DNA from: Octopus sinensis | Taxonomy: Eukaryota | DNA length: 64,000 nt | Direction of reading: 5' to 3' | NCBI RefSeq assembly: GCF_006345805.1 | Contig: NC_042997.1 | Coordinates: 9,548,001-9,612,000, forward strand | Part shown: one piece after another, positions 38,941-53,045 of the stretch | How the letters are laid out: the number at the start of each line of letters is the position of its first letter | How positions within the stretch are numbered: the stretch's first letter is position 1 | Notes under the pieces: model-generated | Database searches by the model: none | The model's input: only the letters and a program-made list of their open reading frames with translations | What the model was told of the DNA's origin: nothing | Translations under genes and position numbers: made by a program

Positions 38941-39561
38941 CTTCTTATATAAATAAACAATCTGGTTGAATGAACATCTCTTGTTCTGATAGTACAAGTT
39001 CTTTTGAGATGATTGGATTTCAAATCCAGGGCCCATAACCAATTACAGGAGTTTCATGTTTCATTCTGTCTTTTGTTTTTATTTGCAAAAGAGTTAATAA
39101 ATTATATAGGCAAGGCTAAGAAAGTAATTTAATTAGCAGCTTAGTATGCCTCAGTCTCCACAAAGCACTTTTCCAAAGTTGAACTATGGAATGGTATTGT
39201 ATTCTCAATCTAGACAGATAGAAGCCTGTTGAATTTCAAAATAATAATGAGTTTTCGCTGCATTCTCACATCCTTCAGGTTCTATTTCAATTCCAGAAGT
39301 AAAATCAATTTTCTCTCAAAAATATGATAATTCAATCATTATTTAATATTTTCTCCCTCATACTTCAAGAACAATTCTCACAAATAATAGAACAAATAAA
39401 TAAATCTATGAACAAAATTCTATTTAACTTTAATAAGATTATTTAAATTTTTTTTTATCAATACAAATTGTTTTTCCAAGCTAACCTGAGTAGAAAGACA
39501 GGTACACAAATTTAGTTATTTGAAAAATCATTTTCTTTTGACTTGCTTATTTTGTGTACAT

Positions 39562-39611
<50 letters not shown>

Positions 39612-39652
39612 TCATACATATATTCACATACACACATATATATCCACATATA

Positions 39653-39686
<34 letters not shown>

Positions 39687-40392
39687 TGTATGTATGTAAA
39701 TAGAGAGAGAGAAAGTGAGAGAACGAGAGATGAGGTCCTACATAATATCAAACAATGAGCCTAATTTTCATTGTTGCTACTATTATTGTTGTTATTGCTG
39801 TGTACCATCAATCAGCTCTGCTTGAGCAGACATATGGAGGTAGCTGACTTATTTGATCAATAACTCTAGCTATAGCTACCTCATCATTATAGTATACATG
39901 TTTTTCTAAGATTTGGAACTTGAATTATTTGATTGCCATTGAACAGGCTGGTTGTCTATGTAGAACCTTCCATATAAATTTATTTGATCATTGTAGAATT
40001 ACCACTTTAATGGGTGTATTATGACCCTGTGCTATTTACAAAGAGCGATCAGAGCTGGATATTTAGTATCTCCATATGAGCTACTTAGTAGCTCCATAAG
40101 CATGAACTGTATTCTGGGTTGTTCAACATAAATTAGAGCCTCTAACAATCTGTTACATAACAGTCATCACTTAGAAAATCATTCCACTATTAACTCTGGT
40201 AATCTGTGATATTCCAAGTTAATATTTATCTGAATTGACTGAAGCTCACTAAGAGTTCTTGGAACTTGCTGTTTTGATATTTTGACTCAATTTATTGTAA
40301 TAGAGACTAATTACTAAAGGTACCACATGATTAGAAACTCATTAGGACAGTATGGAGTACTGGTATACTTTTGATGATAACAACCAATAAAG

Positions 40393-40645
40393 TGTGGAAG
40401 TGCATGGCTTAGTGATAATGGTGTTGGACTCATGACCGTAAGATTGTGGTTTCATTTTCTGGACAGGGCAATGTGATATGTTTTTGAGCAAAACATGTAA
40501 TTTCATGTTGGCCCAATCCACCCAGCTGGCAAAACTAAGTGATTCTGTAACAGACTGACATTCTATCAAGGTGGGGAATATATATACCATATGGAAACCA
40601 GGGAAATTGGTCCGTGAGACTCTATGACTCAGGAAGGAATTTTAC
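40393..40645 (+). mobile_element. SINE family C, diverged
   Basis: Similar to the reverse complement of 28419-28661. Confidence 0.7.
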
Positions 40646-41639
40646 TTTGTACCAGTCAGTTTTCATTCTTTATCATTAGAAATTTTAAAAAAACCTTACA
40701 AGAATGTTTTCTGCCTGATAATTCCAAATCTCTCTTTAGTTTTCCCCAGCACATGTAATTTTGAAATATGACAGTTTTTATTTCTCACAATTTTATCAAT
40801 TTTTAAGCTATTTTAAGTAGCATTTTATACAAAATTTGTTTATTACTTGACCTGAAACACAACATAAACTAAATTCATTTGCATAAAACTAATTTTAATT
40901 GGATTTTTAAAAATATTTTCTCGTCAATTATATAAGCATGTAATCAATTTTTTAAAGTACTGCAAATATGGTTTTCTCTTATAAATTTTGTTTTGAGCAT
41001 TTCAATATAGCACCCTAACATGATACTTTCATTCTATAATCACAGGTTTTGTGTTTCTATTTCATGAATATCTTGATGGTATTGTCCATCCCATGCATTA
41101 ATTATAAAAATGTTTTCTGTAATGAAGTCTAAATAAGAATGGAGTAAATATACTTCTGGTGACACCTGGTGAAATTTGTTCAGTTATCAAGGATGTTCTC
41201 AATTCCACTTCCATATTCAGATACCTTATTGCCTAGAAATGATTTGCCATAACATTTTAAAGACTACCAAACTTTTTATTCCAGATTTTCTTTCAAATTA
41301 GCAAATTTTTGATAATCTTTTAGAAACTGAAATTGTGAATTGACTTTATTATTTTAACAAAATTTTACATTAAACTAAGTTTTAAAAAGAGATATGTCTA
41401 ATTACACTAATTCCATTACCTTACTTAAACTCCTCAGCATTAGGTTAGCAACAGAAGCAGTCACCCTCCAATTGTTTGTGTAAGTAGCTCTCCAACTGTT
41501 GGTGTAAGCAACTCTCCAACTGTTGTGCAGGTAACTCTTCAACTGTTGATTGATGCAACATATAATCACATAGTGGAGGAAGTGGTAGTGGTGGCATATA
41601 TTATGGTATTGGTCTCAGTCACCATGATGTTTTAGTAGG

Positions 41640-41990
41640 AGCCACCAGCTCAACTCAGATCAACTGTTAATTTTCAGGTTGAGGTGGTGGATCAATATAG
41701 CTGCTTTTATATGTAGATGTCCAGTGTTCCTATCTAAGGCCAGTATGGAGACGTCTATCTCTTTGGTGGTGTTGCCTCATCTGGCTAGGTGCTTGCAGAA
41801 GGAAGACACATTAGTAGTGAGGTGCTCATTCATTTGTACATGGAGTGGTCATACTACTAATGTAGCAACATGAATCAAATGGAACTTCACTACGTGCAAC
41901 ACAGAGTTGCTTACATCAACAGTTGGAGAGTGGTTGCTACTGCTGCTAACCCAATGCGGAGGAGTTTGAGAAAGGTAATGGAATCAGATT
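41640..41990 (-). mobile_element. Penelope-like GIY-YIG remnant
   Basis: CYISSM..PLHVQMNEHLTTNVSSFCKHL..IDVSILALD..HIKAAILIHHLNLKINS. Confidence 0.6.
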
Positions 41991-42459
41991 GGAGCATGTA
42001 TGAAAGTGAAGCCTTATGTCCTTGCCATAAAGCTTCACTTTCATGCACACCAGCTTAATTTAATTCGTCCTTCGTTGAAAGACACCTGTTGTTATGTCCT
42101 GTTATTTGCATTTGTATTTGTGTAACATTTCTTGCTTTTATTCTGTCTTTGTTTTCATATATAATCACTACTTTCTTCCAAGGAATCTAATGCTCTTAGC
42201 TTAGTTTTTCCTTGAGGCTGGCCAGATTGGAGCAATTTCGAGTATAACCAGCTGAAAATGCAAAGATAATCTGGAACTCGACTGAGGAAAGAAAACTTCG
42301 AATGATCCATCTGTGTTTTTTTCTTGTCCCTCTTTTGTATCATCTGTCTGGATGTTTTGTTGTCCTTTTTTGTATTATCTAGCTGTCCCATTTTTTGTAT
42401 TCCTTTTTATATACATATGGTGGCATACGTACACTTTGGTTTCTTATATCTATATATAT

Positions 42460-42595
42460 TTCTTTATTGCCCACAAGGGGCTAAACATAGAGGGGACAAA
42501 CAAGGACAGACAAAGGGATTAAGTCGATTATATCGACCCAGTGCGAAACTGGTACTTTATTTATCGACCCTGAGAGGATGAAAGGCAAAGTCGCC
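42460..42595 (-). mobile_element. SINE family E, 3' part
   Basis: Reverse complement of 10480-10617. Confidence 0.85.
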
Positions 42596-42599
42596 CCCT

Positions 42600-42925
42600 C
42601 TCATATATATATATATATATACTCACATACATGCATACATACATTCATACACACAGACACACAACACTCACAAACACTTGCGCACACACTCACACACACT
42701 CACATACATACACACACACACTCACATACATACACACACACACACACTCACACACACATATTCATACACATAAACTCACAAACACACACTTACACACTCA
42801 CACACACACACACGCACACACAGTCACACACACACACTCACACACACATTCACACATACACACACATGGTCATACACACATACACATTCACACACACATA
42901 CATACACACACACACACACACATAT
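42600..42925. repeat. Long degenerate (CA)n tract
   Basis: Direct inspection. Confidence 0.95.
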
Positions 42926-43090
42926 GTATATGACAGGCTTCTTTCAGTTTCTGTCTGCTGACTTTACAGTTTTGGTCAGCTCAGGGTTACAGCAGAAGAT
43001 ACTTGCCCAAAGTATCAGTGGAACTGAATCTGGAACCAATTAGTTGGAAAGCAAACTTCTTACCACATGTTATTACAAACATCCAGCCAC
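42925..43090 (-). mobile_element. SINE family A 5' half, diverged
   Basis: ggcttctttcagtttc...cttgcccaa...aaacttcttaccac. Confidence 0.75.
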
Positions 43091-43449
43091 ATATATAACT
43101 GTGTATGTGTGTGTGCAATTATGTGTGTGTGTGTGTGCATATGTGTGTGTATGTGTGTGAGACCATACTGCTCCTCCTTAGAGAAATTATACAAAAAGAG
43201 ACAAGGCAAGAACTTTGAAACTGAAATAAAACATATGCCATTTATATCTGTTGAAATTAATGAAACATTAACTTAAATTTATTTAATTTTAATCAATATT
43301 TCAGTTATCTGCATTGTTTCAAAATTGTAATACTCAATCTTTTTCTATCCAGAAGATAGATTAGTTGATGTAAATGAAATGAGTTTCCTGCAGAGAACAA
43401 ATTAGTTCATGGTTTGCTAACTAAAAGCCTAAGTTTTGTTTTATGTTAC

Positions 43450-44175
43450 TCCATCATCATCATCATCATCGTCATCATCATCGTCATCGTCGGCATCATC
43501 ATCATCATCATCATCATCATCATTGCCATCGATGTCATCGTCATCGTCGTCGTCATAATCATCATCACCATTTAATGCATGTTTTCCATGCTGACCATGG
43601 GTTTGACGGTTTGACAGGAGCTAGCAAGCCGGAGGACTGCACCAAGCCCCACTCTCTGCTTTGACATAGCTTCTACTGTTGGAAGCCCCTTCTGATGTCA
43701 ACCTCATTACAGAGTGTGCTAGCTTCTTTTCACATGGCTCCAGGAGCAGTGGAGTCACCAAACAATTTACATGACTCATCATCTGAAGTAAGGAACAGTT
43801 TTGAGGAATGTGGCTTTGTGCCTGTTGATAGACTGGAATATGAATAGAGGGACATTTTCCGTCACATTTAGAGATCAGCTCTTCTTTATGCAGATGTCTA
43901 TAACCGTCTATATGCATCACATGACCATACCAGTGCAGTCTTCTCTCTTGCACACTACATCTGATGCTGCTTATACTCAATGTTTCTGTCAACACATTTA
44001 CACTTTGCCATACATACACAGGCATTGCACATCCAGCAAAACCTGCTGGTTTTGTCTCTTCCAAGCCTTTACATGTCCTTTGCAATTGCAGCCCATATTT
44101 TACCACCATGTAACATAGCTGTTCATACACATGCATCACACAATCTGCCAGTCACTCTGAGAGAGAGGCTCTTAG
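43450..44175 (-). mobile_element. RTE LINE 3' fragment with long (GAT)n tail
   Basis: LSISSIRCSVQERRLHWYGHVMH and DACV.TAMLHG blocks. Confidence 0.75.
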
Positions 44176-44179
44176 TTAT

Positions 44180-46310
44180 CATCATCATCATCATCATTTA
44201 ACATCCATTTTCCATGCTGGCATCGGTTGGATGATTTGACTGAGGATTGGCGAACCAGATGGCTGCACCAGGCTCCAATCTGATCTCGCAGAGTTTCTAT
44301 AGCTGGATGCCCTTCTTAATGCCAACCACTCCGAGAGTATAGTGGGTGATTTTACGTGCCACTGGTGCGAGGGCCAGTCAGGTAGTACTGGCAATGGCCA
44401 CACTCAAATGGTGTTTTTTGACGTGCCACCTGCACAGGAGCCAGTCCAAAAGCACTGGCAATGACTTCACTCAGATATTTTTCACGTGCTACCGACACAA
44501 GTGCCAGTAAGGCAGCACTGACAATGATAACGCTCACATGCTGCTTTTTACATGCCACCAGAACAAAAGCCAGTCAACTGCTCTGGAAATGATCATGCTC
44601 AGATGGTGCTCTCAGTGCTTCACTAGCACAGATGCTAGTCAGGCAATGCTGTCATCGAATTTTATTTTGAATTCAATTTCACTTACCTCAACAGGACTTT
44701 GCAAGCAGAGTTTAGTGTCCAATGAAGGAAAGGTACACATAAGTGGGCTGGTTACATCCCCGGCATAGGCCACGAGTTATGGTCTCACTTGGTCTTCTCA
44801 AGCACAGCATATTTCCAGAGGCCTCGGTCATTAGTCATTGCCTCGATGAGGACTAAATTTCAAAGGTCCTGCTTCACGACCTCATCCCAGGTCATCCTGG
44901 GCCTACCTCTTCCACAGGTTCTCTCAACCATTAGGGTGTGGCACTTTTTCACACAGCTATCCTCATTCATTCTCACCACATGACCATACCAGCACAGTCG
45001 TCTCTTTTGCACACCACATCTGATGCTTCTTAAGGTCCAAATTTTCTTCCAAATTTTCTCTGTTGAGTGTGCACACTGACATTACACATCCAGTGGAGCA
45101 TACTGGCTTCATTCCTTACAAGCTTACTCATGTCCTCAGCAGTCATAGCCCATGTTTCACAGCCATGTAGCATGGCTGTTCATACACATGCATCATACAG
45201 TCTACCTTTTACTCTGAGCGAGAGGCCCTTTGTCACCAGCAGAGGTAAGAGCTCTCTGAACTTTTCCCAGGCTATTCTTATTCTAGCAGCTACACTTTCA
45301 GAGCACCCATCCCAGCTACTGACTTGGTCACCTAGGTAACAGAAACTATCAACTACTTCTAGTTTTTCTCCCATGAATGTGGCAGATATTATTCTCTGCA
45401 CATTTTCAGTGTTTATTGCTCCTGAGCATCTGCCACATACAAAAACTATCTTCCCAGTTAGCCTTCCTTTGATATTGCTGCACCTCTTATGTGTCCATAG
45501 CTTACACTGGGTACATCTTATAGAGTTTCTTCCTACGCCTCTACTACAGATCGAGCAGGGTCATCTACCTGAAGGGATTTGTGGTTTGCCTGTCTTCCTA
45601 CTTATTAGGACTTTGGTTTTAGCTAGGTTGATTCTAAGGCCCTTTGATTCTAATCCTTGTTTCCACACCTGAAACTTCTCCTCTAGTTCTGATTGTCACT
45701 GAGCAATTGGGGGACCCTGTCAAAGGCTTTCTCTATGTCAACGAAAGCCAGGTACAGAGGTTTATCTTTGGCAAGGTATTTCTCCTGCAGCTGTCTTACC
45801 AGAAATATGGCATCAGTGGTACTTTTCCTTAGCATGAACCCAAGCAGCATCTCACCTAAACTGACTTTCTACCTAATTAGTTGGGCTATGACCCTCTCCG
45901 TGACCTTCATTACCTGATCCAACAACTTGATACCTCCGTAATTATTTGTATCTAAAGCGTCACCTTTACCTTTGTAGCAGTTAACTATGGTGCTGCTACA
46001 CCGGTCATTGGGTATGATTCCATGTATTATCTGGTTAACTATATGGGTGACTAGGCTATAGCCAACACCTCCAGATATTTTGAGCATCTCTGCAGTGATT
46101 CCTGATGGGCCAGGGGCTTTCCCTGTCTTCATACTCTTAATTGCTTTATCTACCAACGTACTTTCAATTCGGACAGCTGGTCTCTCTGTTGGCTCGACAT
46201 TCGGCAGACTCTCTTTCTCCCATTCATTCTCTTTAGTGAGCAACCTTTCATAGTGGCATCTCCAAACCTCTCTCTTTGCAGCCTCATTTAGTGCAAGTGA
46301 ACCATCATAT
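44180..46310 (-). mobile_element. 5'-truncated RTE-clade LINE (RT pseudogene plus 3' UTR)
   Basis: AIKSMKTGKAPGPSGITAEMLK, VNCYKGKGDALDTNNYGGIKLL, KAFDRVP, EKLEVVDSFCYLGD, ARIRIAWEKFRELLPLL. An internal deletion removes the YADD region. (GAT)n tail. Confidence 0.95.
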
Positions 46311-48393
46311 TTTGGTTAATATTATTTTACTCCAAGTATGAAGCAAATATTTTCAAAGAGCAGTTACAACTAATTGACTCCATCATAATGTTTTATTAGT
46401 ACCTAACTTGTGCAAATAAAGGAGTGTCTGCATGGTTGTTTGAGATGCTAGAAATAGCAGACAAATCTCCATTAATTGCATGCCACAATTTAAAAGAAAA
46501 ACATAAAATAACCCTAAATTAGAGAATTGTTATGACTGGAAGGATTTAATCATAAGTCTGCTCAGTTAAGACTAACGAGTGACTAATGAGCAACAATAAA
46601 TACTTACATTATTTCATCTAGAAAGGAAAATCCATATGGATCCTGGAGAGATTTGAACTTTGTAAATACTGTATGCTAAAGGTCATCAACACTGCTCCTC
46701 CACTTCTGATTATCTCGTAAAAAAATAAAAATAATAATTAGTTCAACACTTAGCCTCCTCTGACAAAAATGTCCTCTTACATATGTATGTACTATTTAAA
46801 CTAACTATGGAATTATAAACTCTTTAAAGAATTTATAAGCAATATAGCACTTTACTAATAGTGAACTTACAAAACTCTTAGAAAGGTAAAAAAGAAAAAA
46901 AAGTAGCCAAGTTAAAGCTAACTGAAAAACTAGTAGACTTATTTAAAAGTAAAAAACAAAAACAAACAGAATCTAGACAGAAAAATAAATAATGAAAGTG
47001 TTGTTGCTGAGTAACTACTAAAAAGACATTTTTTTTTTTTGTTAGAATTTTAAATGTAAATCCTCATTTTTCTTGACTCTGTCTCACTTTTGCTTTCAGT
47101 TTTTTTTTTGTTCTTGTATTTTGGAAACTGTTTTCAAAAACATTTTGACAGTATTGAATACTAAGCTTAGTATGTACCCAAACATTTATACATCATGTGA
47201 CATCAGTAGTAATAATTGTTCTTTATTCCCATTTTTAAAATCAACCTACTTTTATACGTCAACTTCGATGCCTTTATACTTTGCCGATGTTTTGTTTGAA
47301 TTTGGATACATTATTTTTTTTTTTTTATCAATGTCTGTTTGGAGTTAAATAATTCAAGAAAGTGCTAAAATTAATTCATGCTTCAAGCAAAAACAAATTT
47401 TTTCATTAATCTTGATTGCAGAAAATAAATAAAAAAAATAAAATAAACCTAACAACAGTAACAATAAAATTTAGTTTACTTGTTGAATTCTATTTTTTTT
47501 TAAAATCTTATCTCTTTCTTTTCCACAAAAACAGTCGTTTTAGATTAACTTCCAGGTGAAATTTTTTTCCTATTTTTCCCAAAGAGTTCTTAAAATGCTC
47601 TATAGACATTATTTCCCTTATTTGCATTGCCAATGGTGCTGTTGTTCAATTGTTGTGCATTCATATCCACCAATTATATTGTATGCATCTTGTGTTATCA
47701 ATTAAATAAAAGTATTTTAAAACAAAAACCGTATCTTTATTAATATTTTCTATATTATCATCATCATCATCATCATCGTCATCATTTTCATGTCCACTTT
47801 TCCAGGCTTGCATGGGTCAGAAGATATTTACTGAGACAGATTTTCTTATGTCCAACCTGTCACCTACCTTCTCCTTTTTCCAAATAAGGTAAAATTTCTC
47901 CATAGCCAGATATGATTTTGCATCATATTGGAAATAAATGACACTGCTTGTATGACAGTGACACTCATATACGACTACTACACAATATCAAGACAAGGTG
48001 GCACAAACATACATGCACTCACATACATATTTACATAAACACACACACACACATACACACACTTGCTGGTTTCTTTCATTTTTCTATCCAGCATATCCAC
48101 TCACAAGGCTTTGGTTAGCCCAAAGCAAAAGTAGAAGACACTCGAGACACTGACCCAAGTTTTCACAACTGCGTCATATACATTCATCAAAATGTATGAG
48201 ACTTTTGTTATGGACACACTTAAATGCTTAGTTTATGATCACTCAGCTTTTGAGGCTGAATTTTTGCAGTAATTTCTCTGAAGGTAAAATGGGGTATTGT
48301 GCTGAAAGCGTAATCTAAAAATATATATCATCATACTTCCTTCAAATTTTTTCTCGATTTTAAAGTTGAGTTTTCAACCAGTGATGGTTGGTT

Positions 48394-48397
<4 letters not shown>

Positions 48398-48427
<30 letters not shown>

Positions 48428-48640
48428 TATTGTCATTTCCCATCGATTTTCCATGCTGTCATGGGTTAGGCAGTTTGATCAGATCTGATAAGCTGAAGAG
48501 CTACACTAGGGCACCAATCATTTGTTTTGGTTTGGTTTGGTTTGGTTTGGTTTTTACGTACTGCTGGATGCCCTTCCTAATGCTGACCACTCTACAGAGT
48601 GTACTAGGTGTCTTTTACTTGTCAGTGGTACAGGTGCCTT
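48398..48640 (-). mobile_element. RTE-type 3' tail, diverged
   Basis: (CAT)n, ttttccatgc, gctggatgcccttcctaatgc. Confidence 0.7.
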
Positions 48641-49169
48641 TTATGGGTTACCACCACTGACCACAACTACAATTTTACTTAGCTTCACATATTTTCTCGA
48701 ACACAGCAAAGTGAAGATTATTTTTCCATTTGGCATATGGGTGGAATTATAATGCTTGTCAATATTGATAGTGTAAACACTATCCATCATTAAAAGTATG
48801 TGTCATTAGTGACAAGAGATACTTTTTATCCTTCTCCCACCAAGTTCAGTAAACAGAAGTATAGACTGCACTTCAATTAATGAGGTTTATGTCAAAGTTC
48901 ATTTCTTTGGACCTCCCTGTTTGTATTTCTTGATTTCTTTCTTTCTCTCTGATATATAGCACAATTTTTATGGATGTTTTGTAACATTGCTATATATTTT
49001 TAATAGAGTTAGAGTTACTATTGTCTAAGTATCGATTTGTTTTACTTATGTTATAGTCTGAAATATGACTGAATGGTTAAGAAATTTGCTATGCAACCAT
49101 ATGATTCAAGATTTGATCCCACTGCACAGCCTGGAATTTAGGAGACAGAAACTCTGTAAGAGCCTACAT

Positions 49170-49670
49170 CATCAGCAGTATTTGATATCTGTGTTCCATG
49201 CTGGCATTGGTTGAATGGTTTGACCAAAGCTGTTAGGATCAGGGGCCACACCAGACTCCATTGTCCTAGCATGGTTTCTATAACTGGATGCCCTTCCTAA
49301 AAGAAAACAGCACAGCTCCCATGACTTTCGGAAACATTTTTCATTCGAAGAGTTGCTGAAGTATGGAACAAACTGCCAGCACCAGTTGTTAGTTGTCGGA
49401 GCACTGCATCCTTCAAAACTTCCATGCTTCCTGAGATTCGCCAACACTACACCTGATTTTCTTCCCTCCATACACACACAAGCATGCATCTGACTCATAT
49501 ACTGTTCACTTTCCAGACATTTGTACATTACTGCATATGCTTTATATGCACTTTTGACAAGTTGTGGTGTGCCTGAGCACTGTATACAATAATTTCATTA
49601 TTATTATTATTTTAATGCCAACCACTCCACAGAATGTACTGTGTGCTTTTAATGTGGCCCCAGTACTGAA
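49170..49670 (-). mobile_element. RTE-type 3' tail split by a CR1 insertion
   Basis: ggatgcccttcctaa | insert | taatgccaaccactcc. Confidence 0.7.
49301..49612 (+). mobile_element. CR1-like LINE 3' end
   Basis: RKQHSSHDFRKHFFIRRVAEVWNKLPAPVVSCRSTASFK, then a UTR and (TTA)n tail. Confidence 0.85.
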
Positions 49671-50051
49671 ACCAATTCTGCTGTGGCAGATAGGTCTTCT
49701 TGAGTACAGCAATGCACAAGATAGCTTGGTCCACATAGTTCTTCTTTCTGAGTTTATGTTGCCCATGTTCAGAGAGTGGGCTTGAATTTGTGCAAATCCT
49801 TTTTCCACTATATAAAAAAAATCATTATGTACAGGCATCACTTGAAAAAAAACATTAAGACCTATCACAAAAATGGTTGGTCATAACCTTTGCATGTGTG
49901 GGACTTTCCATCAGGTTTTGGAAATACTCGAACACAAGTTTGCAGCCATCATCTTTGTGTGTGTGTGTGTGTGTGTGTCTATGTATGTTTGTGTGTGTGT
50001 GTGGAGAGAGAAAGAGACTGTGGGAAGTCAGAATATAAGAAGAAAGATTGC

Positions 50052-50099
<48 letters not shown>

Positions 50100-50119
50100 T
50101 TGATGAAGGCATGCATGTA

Positions 50120-50684
50120 TTGGGTTGTCCGGAAAGTTTGTGCCAAATTATAGTAGCTTACCTTTCGATATATTTTAGAACATGGTTGAGTCCATAAAAT
50201 AGGATTTGACTACACCTCCATTTAGAGCACAGTTTAAGCTATTTTTCGTGGAAGAAGGTTTATGTTCCTATAACCTGTGTTAATTTTGTAACCTTTTAAA
50301 ATGTAAGATATGAAAGTTCATTTTCGGCACTTGATGCTTTGGGGACCAGACAAAAATTGCTGCAGCTCAGCTGGGACGTGTTACCCAACACTCCATATTC
50401 ACCAGATATTGCTCCTTCAGATTTCCACTTATTCAGGTCTCTGCAGAATAGTCTTAATGGTAAAAATTTCAATTCCTTGGTTGACGTAAAAAGATACCTT
50501 GATGAATTCTTTGCCATGAAACCACCTCAATTCTGTGAAGAGGGTATTTCAAAGTTAAAGGAAAGATGGAGACACATTGTGCAACAAACTGGTTCATATT
50601 TGGTTGATTAAAAATGTAATGGCAAGTATTTATTGACCTTTTTCTTTCCTTTAAAAATCAGCACAAACTTTCCAGACAACCCAA
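50120..50684 (+). mobile_element. Internally deleted mariner element
   Basis: TA-flanked TIRs ttgggttgtccggaaagtttgtgc / gcacaaactttccagacaacccaa. The ORF contains WDVLPNTPYSPDIAPSDFHLFRSL. Confidence 0.93.
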
Positions 50685-50705
50685 TATGTTTGTATGTGTG
50701 TGTAA

Positions 50706-51072
50706 TGTTGTTGTTGGCATCCTTTTTGTCTCAGGAGACAATGGAGTTGTGCATAAAGTAGTCTAGTCCGGCTTTTACATTTCATGTCCTGATGCATTTC
50801 CTGCTGTGGCTGTGTAGTCCTATCTTGGACAAACACTCCCTCTGGCAGGTACCGCAAATGTAGTGAAGACTGTTCCTGGCTGGTTGTAATGCCATAGTTT
50901 CTTGTTGACGTCTCTTCTTTTCTTTCCATTTCTCCTCTCTCTCTCTGTCACTCCTTTGTATTCCCTCTTTTACTGTACGTTGCCATTCTCCACGGTTACC
51001 GGCAACTGCCTCCCAACTGCTAATATTGATGTTGCAGGCCTTCATGTCCCTTTTGCAAACATCCTTGTTTGT
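50706..51072 (-). mobile_element. RTE/BovB-like LINE 3' end with (CAA)n tail
   Basis: CKRDMKACNINISSWEAVAGNRGEWQRTVKEG..ICGTCQRECLSKIGLHSHSRKC. Confidence 0.88.
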
Positions 51073-51537
51073 AATGTACTACAGAACATATATATATAGA
51101 AGTTTTTGCCAACACCATGTCCCAATGAATGTCAACATTACATTTGTATACACAGTGTGTTCGTGGACAGAAAACTAAGAACAAGTTGTATATGAATATT
51201 TCAACACTGCTAAACGATGATGATGATGATGATGCTCCAATACAATTATAGGAATAAAACGAAAGTGTTAACTCACCAGTAATTCAATATTCAAACTAGC
51301 TGCCAAGAGAGTGTTAAATGTACAAATTGGTCTATCCAGTTTGATTTAGCCACTAATTTCTGTTTGTTTATAAGTAGTGGACACATGGTTAGTTAAGGAA
51401 GGCACATGCCTGCTGACAGAATTCAGATATGCATATAATACTGCTCTTTCTTTTACTGTCCATGAACACATTGTATATGTAGACCTAAAGTTTTACCTCC
51501 ATCAGAATATACAGATCTGCTTAATAATTCTGTAGAT

Positions 51538-52948
51538 ATGCACAGGAGTGGCTGTGAGGCAAGAAGCTTGCTTCCTGACCATATGGTTCCGGGTTCAGTC
51601 CCGCTGCATGGCATTTTGACCAAAGCCTTGTGAGTGAATTTAGTAGATGGAAACTGAAAGAAGCCCATCGTATATATGCATGTGTGTGTGTGTATGTGTG
51701 TGTGTGTGAGTGTGTTTGTGTGTCTGTGTTTCTCCTCTCACCATTGCTCAACAACTGATGTTGGTGTGTTTATGTCCTTGTAACTTAGCAGTTCAGTAAA
51801 AGAGACCGATAGAATAAGTACAAGGCTTAAGGTGGTGCTCCAGCATGGCCACAGTCAAATGACTGAAACACATAAAAGAATAAAAGAATATACGAATTTT
51901 CTCTAGTATTTTGTAGTCACAAAGCAAATTACTGTTAACATACCACGAAGGTATGGCTGTGTAGTAACTGCTTCCCAAATACAAGATCTCATGTTCAGTT
52001 CCACTGTGTGCCACCTTGGACAAGTGTCTTCCATTGTAGCCTTGGGCTGACCAAAGCCTTATGAGCAGATTTGTTAGTTGGAAACTGAAAGAAACATGTC
52101 GTGTATATATGTGTGCAACTGTGTGTGTGTGTTTGTATGTTTGTGTGTGTGAGTGCATGTGTGTGTGTGTTTGTGTATGTGTGTATGCATGGGTTTGCGT
52201 ACATGTGTACATGTGTGCATATGTGCTTGTCTCCTGCCATCACTTGTCAACTGGTGTCAGTGTGCTTATATCCCCAAAAAAAGGGACCATAACAAAATTG
52301 GAAAAAAAAAGGTGGGGGTGTCTATTCATTGGGCTTAAATTTCTCAAGGTACTTCCCCAGCATGGCCACAGTCTGATGACTGAAACAAATAAAGGAAATT
52401 GAATACAATAATATATATATATCATCATCATCATTTAACGTCCATTGATACGCAGTTATGTACGTGCGTGTGTGTGCACACAGGCACACATGCATGTGTG
52501 GAGGAGCAGTATGAAATCATCCATATTATGGGAGAAATGTGTTTATAAAAATCTGCAGGCACAGGAGTGGCTGTGTAGTAAGAAGCTTGCTGCCCAACCA
52601 CATGGTTCCAGGTTCAGTCCCACTGCATAGCACCTTAAGCAAGTGTCTTCTACTATAGCCTCAGACTGACCAAAACCTTGCAAGTGGATTTGGTAGACGG
52701 AAATTGAAAGAAGCCCTTCATATATATATGTGCATGTGTGTGTGTGTCTGTGTTTGTTCTCCCACTATCACTTGACAACCAATGTTGGTGTGTTTACATC
52801 CCTGTAACATATCAGTTTGGCAAAAGAGACTGATAGAATAAGTACTAGACTTACAAAGAATAAGTCCAGGGTTCACTTAATTTGACTAAAGTTATTGCTC
52901 CAGTATGGCCACAGTTAAATGGCTGAAACAAGTAAAAGAGTAAAAGAG
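51538..52948 (+). mobile_element. Cluster of three same-orientation SINE family A copies (51538-51890, 51949-52400, 52557-52948)
   Basis: Three heads and three tails matching the consensus. Confidence 0.88.
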
Positions 52949-53045
52949 CAATATGAAATCCTATAATGCAGTACTAATTTTCTTCATTTTCACGTTACGA
53001 TAATGCGTTCTAAAGGATTTGACTTAATTCCTCTCTATCATTATA

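Noticed and set aside
41101-41235. Minus-strand open stretch AIRYLNMEVELRTSLITEQISPGVTRS after a possible acceptor
   Set aside because: No good donor and no recognisable family.
42270-42312. ctgaggaaagaaaacttcgaa as a hammerhead core
   Set aside because: No A15.1-U16.1 pair or convincing stems I and III in this copy.
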